Positions 61,312 to 64,000 of a DNA stretch of 64,000 nucleotides are shown in pieces. The position numbers and the translations under genes are program-made. A model generated the notes under the pieces. It was not told the DNA's origin. It was given only the letters and a program-made list of their open reading frames with translations, and made no database searches. The stretch comes from Octopus vulgaris (lineage: Eukaryota), in NCBI GenBank assembly GCA_951406725.2, contig OX597831.1, positions 56,730,001 through 56,794,000 on the forward strand. The letters are read 5' to 3'. Each line of letters begins with the position of its first letter. Within the stretch, counting starts at the first letter, position 1.

Positions 61312-61995
61312 AACGTTAGCAGGCCGGGCGAAATGCTAAGCGGTATTTCATCTGCCGTTACGTTGTGAGTTCAAATTCCGCCGAGGTCGACTTTGCCTTT
61401 CATCCTTTCGGGGTCGATAAATTAAGTACCAGTTACGCATTGGGGTCGATGTAATCGACTTAATACCTATGTCTGTCCTTGTTTGTTCCCTCTGTGTTTA
61501 GCCCCTTGTGGGTAATAAAGAAATAGGTATTTCGTCTGCCGTTACCGATGTAATCGACTTAATACCTATGTCTGTCCTTGTTTGTTCCCTCTGTGTTTAA
61601 CCCCTTGTGGGTAATAAAGAAATAGGTTGGGTAATAAAGAAATAGGTATTTCGTCTGCCGTTACGTTCTGATGTCAAATTCTGCCGAGGTCGACTTTGCC
61701 TTTCATACTTTCGGGGTCGATAAATTAAGTACCAGTTACGCACTGAGGTCGATATAATCGACTTAATCCGTTTGTCCCCTCTGTGTTTAGCCCCTTGTGA
61801 GTAGTAAAGAAATAGGTATTTCGTCTGCTGCTACGTTCTGAGTTCGAACTCCGCCGAGGTTGACTTTGCCTTTAATCCTTTCGGGGTCGATTAAATAAGT
61901 ACTAGTTAATCACTGGGGTCGATGTAATCGACTTAACCCCCTTGTCTCCTTGTTTGTCCCTTCTATGTTTAGCCCCCTGTAGCCAATAACGAAAT
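61312..61995 (+). repeat. Tandem array of SINE family B bodies
   Basis: Unit ggtatttcgtctgccgttacgttctgagttc...aaagaaata repeated three times plus a partial unit. Confidence 0.88.
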
Positions 61996-62167
61996 GTAAA
62001 TTACTTTGTACAAGATGCAGACGGAATTTTGTCGTGGTCTCAAAGCGACGAAAATATTTTGGCAAATTGAATTTAAATGTTGAAGTGGATCTAACGGTTT
62101 TTGTGTATTTTTAAATGGCTTATGAACACCTTACACGCTGCAATTGTTTTTGTACAAGTATTTACAG

Positions 62168-62365
62168 TAGTGATTTTCAACCAGGGTTCTGCGGAACCTT
62201 AGGGTTCCGCAAGAAGTTACAAAACTGCTAAAATCGGCAGTAATTTTTAATTCTCCTGTGCAGATATGTGTGCATAAGACAATTAAATTATTGCACAGGG
62301 GTTCCTCGAGCCAATGGAATGTTTCCTTGGGGTTCCACTCCAGCAAAAAAGTTTGAAAAGCACTG
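62168..62365. mobile_element. Second copy of the hAT-type MITE, inverted
   Basis: Reverse complement of 14335-14553. TSD atttacag at 62160-62167 and 62366-62373. Confidence 0.92.
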
Positions 62366-62532
62366 ATTTACAGAATATTAGCCGAAATTATTATTTTTTA
62401 TAATTAGAATTGTCTTCCCTTACTTCCGTTCTATTTCAAAAACATTTCTCTCGAATTCTACTGTAGAGTCATATTTTTATCGTTATATATTTTCGTTTCA
62501 ACCAGCAAAGTGCTGCTTGTTTTCCAGCAAAT

Positions 62533-62591
62533 ATGACAGAACACGAAGGATGTGGATTTTCCTCGGGTTTAAATGTGCACATTGAATTCTG
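62533..62591 (+). CDS. Probable first coding exon of an Rdx-family (selenoprotein W / MIEN1-like) protein; remainder outside the window
   Basis: MTEHEGCGFSSGLNVHIEF followed by TG|gtaaat. Resembles the Rdx beta-1 strand V-x-I-E-Y/F-C leading into CxxC/CxxU. An ETS-like ACTTCCG lies at about 62422. Confidence 0.55.
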
Positions 62592-62750
62592 GTAAATAAG
62601 AATTATATATTTCTTTAAACGTGGTGACCGATTCTTATTAAGAATCCCACTTCGTTATTTATTGTTGATTTCCCCGTTTTGTTAATAATTTCAGAAGGAA
62701 TGCATATACGCAGCACTACTACTGCCTGTCACTTATGTTTTATAAAAAGA

Positions 62751-63150
62751 CTAGCAGTATCGCCCGGCGTTGCTCGGGTTTGTAAGGGAAATAACTATAT
62801 AAGCATTTTTAGAGAGTTATAGCCAAAAAAATAGCAAAAAAAATGCATTAAAAATGGAAAAAAATGATGGTAAATTTTTTTTTAAATCGTTGACTCATCG
62901 TAGACATTTTTAGAGAATTACTTCCCTTATATAATAGCGAAAAAAATGCATTAAAATGGAAAAAAATAATGGTAAATTATTTTTAAAATCATAGACTCAT
63001 TGTAGACGTGCGCTAATACCTAGAAGGGCTCGATATGAATCACGACTATAAGATACCCGCTTTTGGTTACACTGCTCCGAAAAATGTGGGAGTAGTTAGG
63101 AATCTAAATCGTAGGAGACAGACACACAACTTGACTTTTATATATAAAGA
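62751..63150 (-). mobile_element. Non-autonomous Helitron, 400 bp
   Basis: On - strand: A|TCTTTATATATAAAAG ... hairpin cccgagcaacgccggg ... CTAG|T. These are canonical TC and CTAG ends at an A-T target with no TSD. Confidence 0.85.
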
Positions 63151-64000
63151 TGTCATCTGTTAGGGAGCTTATTTTGCAACAATAACACGTTGTCTCTGTT
63201 TTAATTCTCTGGAGGATTCCAAGAATTAATACCATCCAAAATATTACTATATCGTCATAAATAAAGGATACATTGGGTTTTGGCATAACTACAGAAATCT
63301 GTGCCTTTGTGCATGCATTCTACCACACAAACACACTCATATATATGTAATTAAAAAAGGTTAAAACGGGGAATTATTCCATTTAATATCATGTTTGGCG
63401 AACCGAAACTATGCCTCATGTTTATTATAGAGATTATGTAACAATACATTTATATATTTAACTGTGTATATTCCTTATTTTTGCTTCTGGTGTCTTCTGC
63501 CTTTCTATTAGAAACGTTTACCACGTTTACCTGGGAAATTTACTTAAAGTGCGAAAAAAATTTGTATGCAACAGATAAATCGTCTTAACATATTCCTGTG
63601 TACCAGACCGTTAGCTATTATTTTTAGCATAGCGAGTTTTCTGGTGAGGGCTTCCTTTACCTTCATTGCCTGTTTGTTGCTTCTGTAGAAATCTACGGAT
63701 GCACAAACGCACAAAACGGTGAAAATAAAACAAATATGGACGACTTATTTCGAAACACCCACGAGTGGGGAACGCTTCTCAAAAATAGCCCCCAATTGTT
63801 TCCCCCCCCCCAATTCCTATGTCTTCGGAATCTACATAGTCTGAAGTATAATTGTAAAGAATTTCATTAAAAAATATCCATTTTTCTGAAAGTTATGATC
63901 ATCCAAAATCGGGGAGGGTGACAGGAATCTGTAGTTAGGCAGATTATATAACCCTCTCCTTACCGGGGAGGGACCCAGAAAATTTTCAACATTTCGTATG

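Noticed and set aside
62592-64000. Second exon of the Rdx-like gene (expected x-x-TGA/TGY-GGN)
   Set aside because: No acceptor followed by a suitable phase-2 motif was found within the window.

Overview
AT-rich, intron-rich animal genomic DNA. The SINE/LINE repertoire and microsatellite load suggest a coleoid cephalopod such as Octopus (inference, not proven). Three spliced host genes can be read by hand, and the ORF track largely misses them. (1) A complete 13-exon GTF2F1/RAP74 (TFIIF alpha) on + (4232-40900, about 504 aa). (2) A 4-exon SNAPC5/SNAP19 on - (58299-48137, about 128 aa), convergent with GTF2F1. (3) The probable first coding exon of an Rdx-family (SelW/MIEN1-like) gene on + at 62533-62591, continuing beyond the window. 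The rest is mostly mobile DNA: several RTE-clade LINE copies (one near full length), a CR1-clade LINE, R4-like remnants, mariner, hAT, piggyBac-like and Helitron elements, and at least three tRNA-derived SINE families. The most notable observations are a PHD zinc finger embedded in the RTE reverse transcriptase region, minimal hammerhead-ribozyme-like motifs (one behind a tRNA-like head), inverted MITE arms bracketing SNAPC5 exons 2-3, telomere-repeat-cored MITEs, and local duplications inside GTF2F1 introns.
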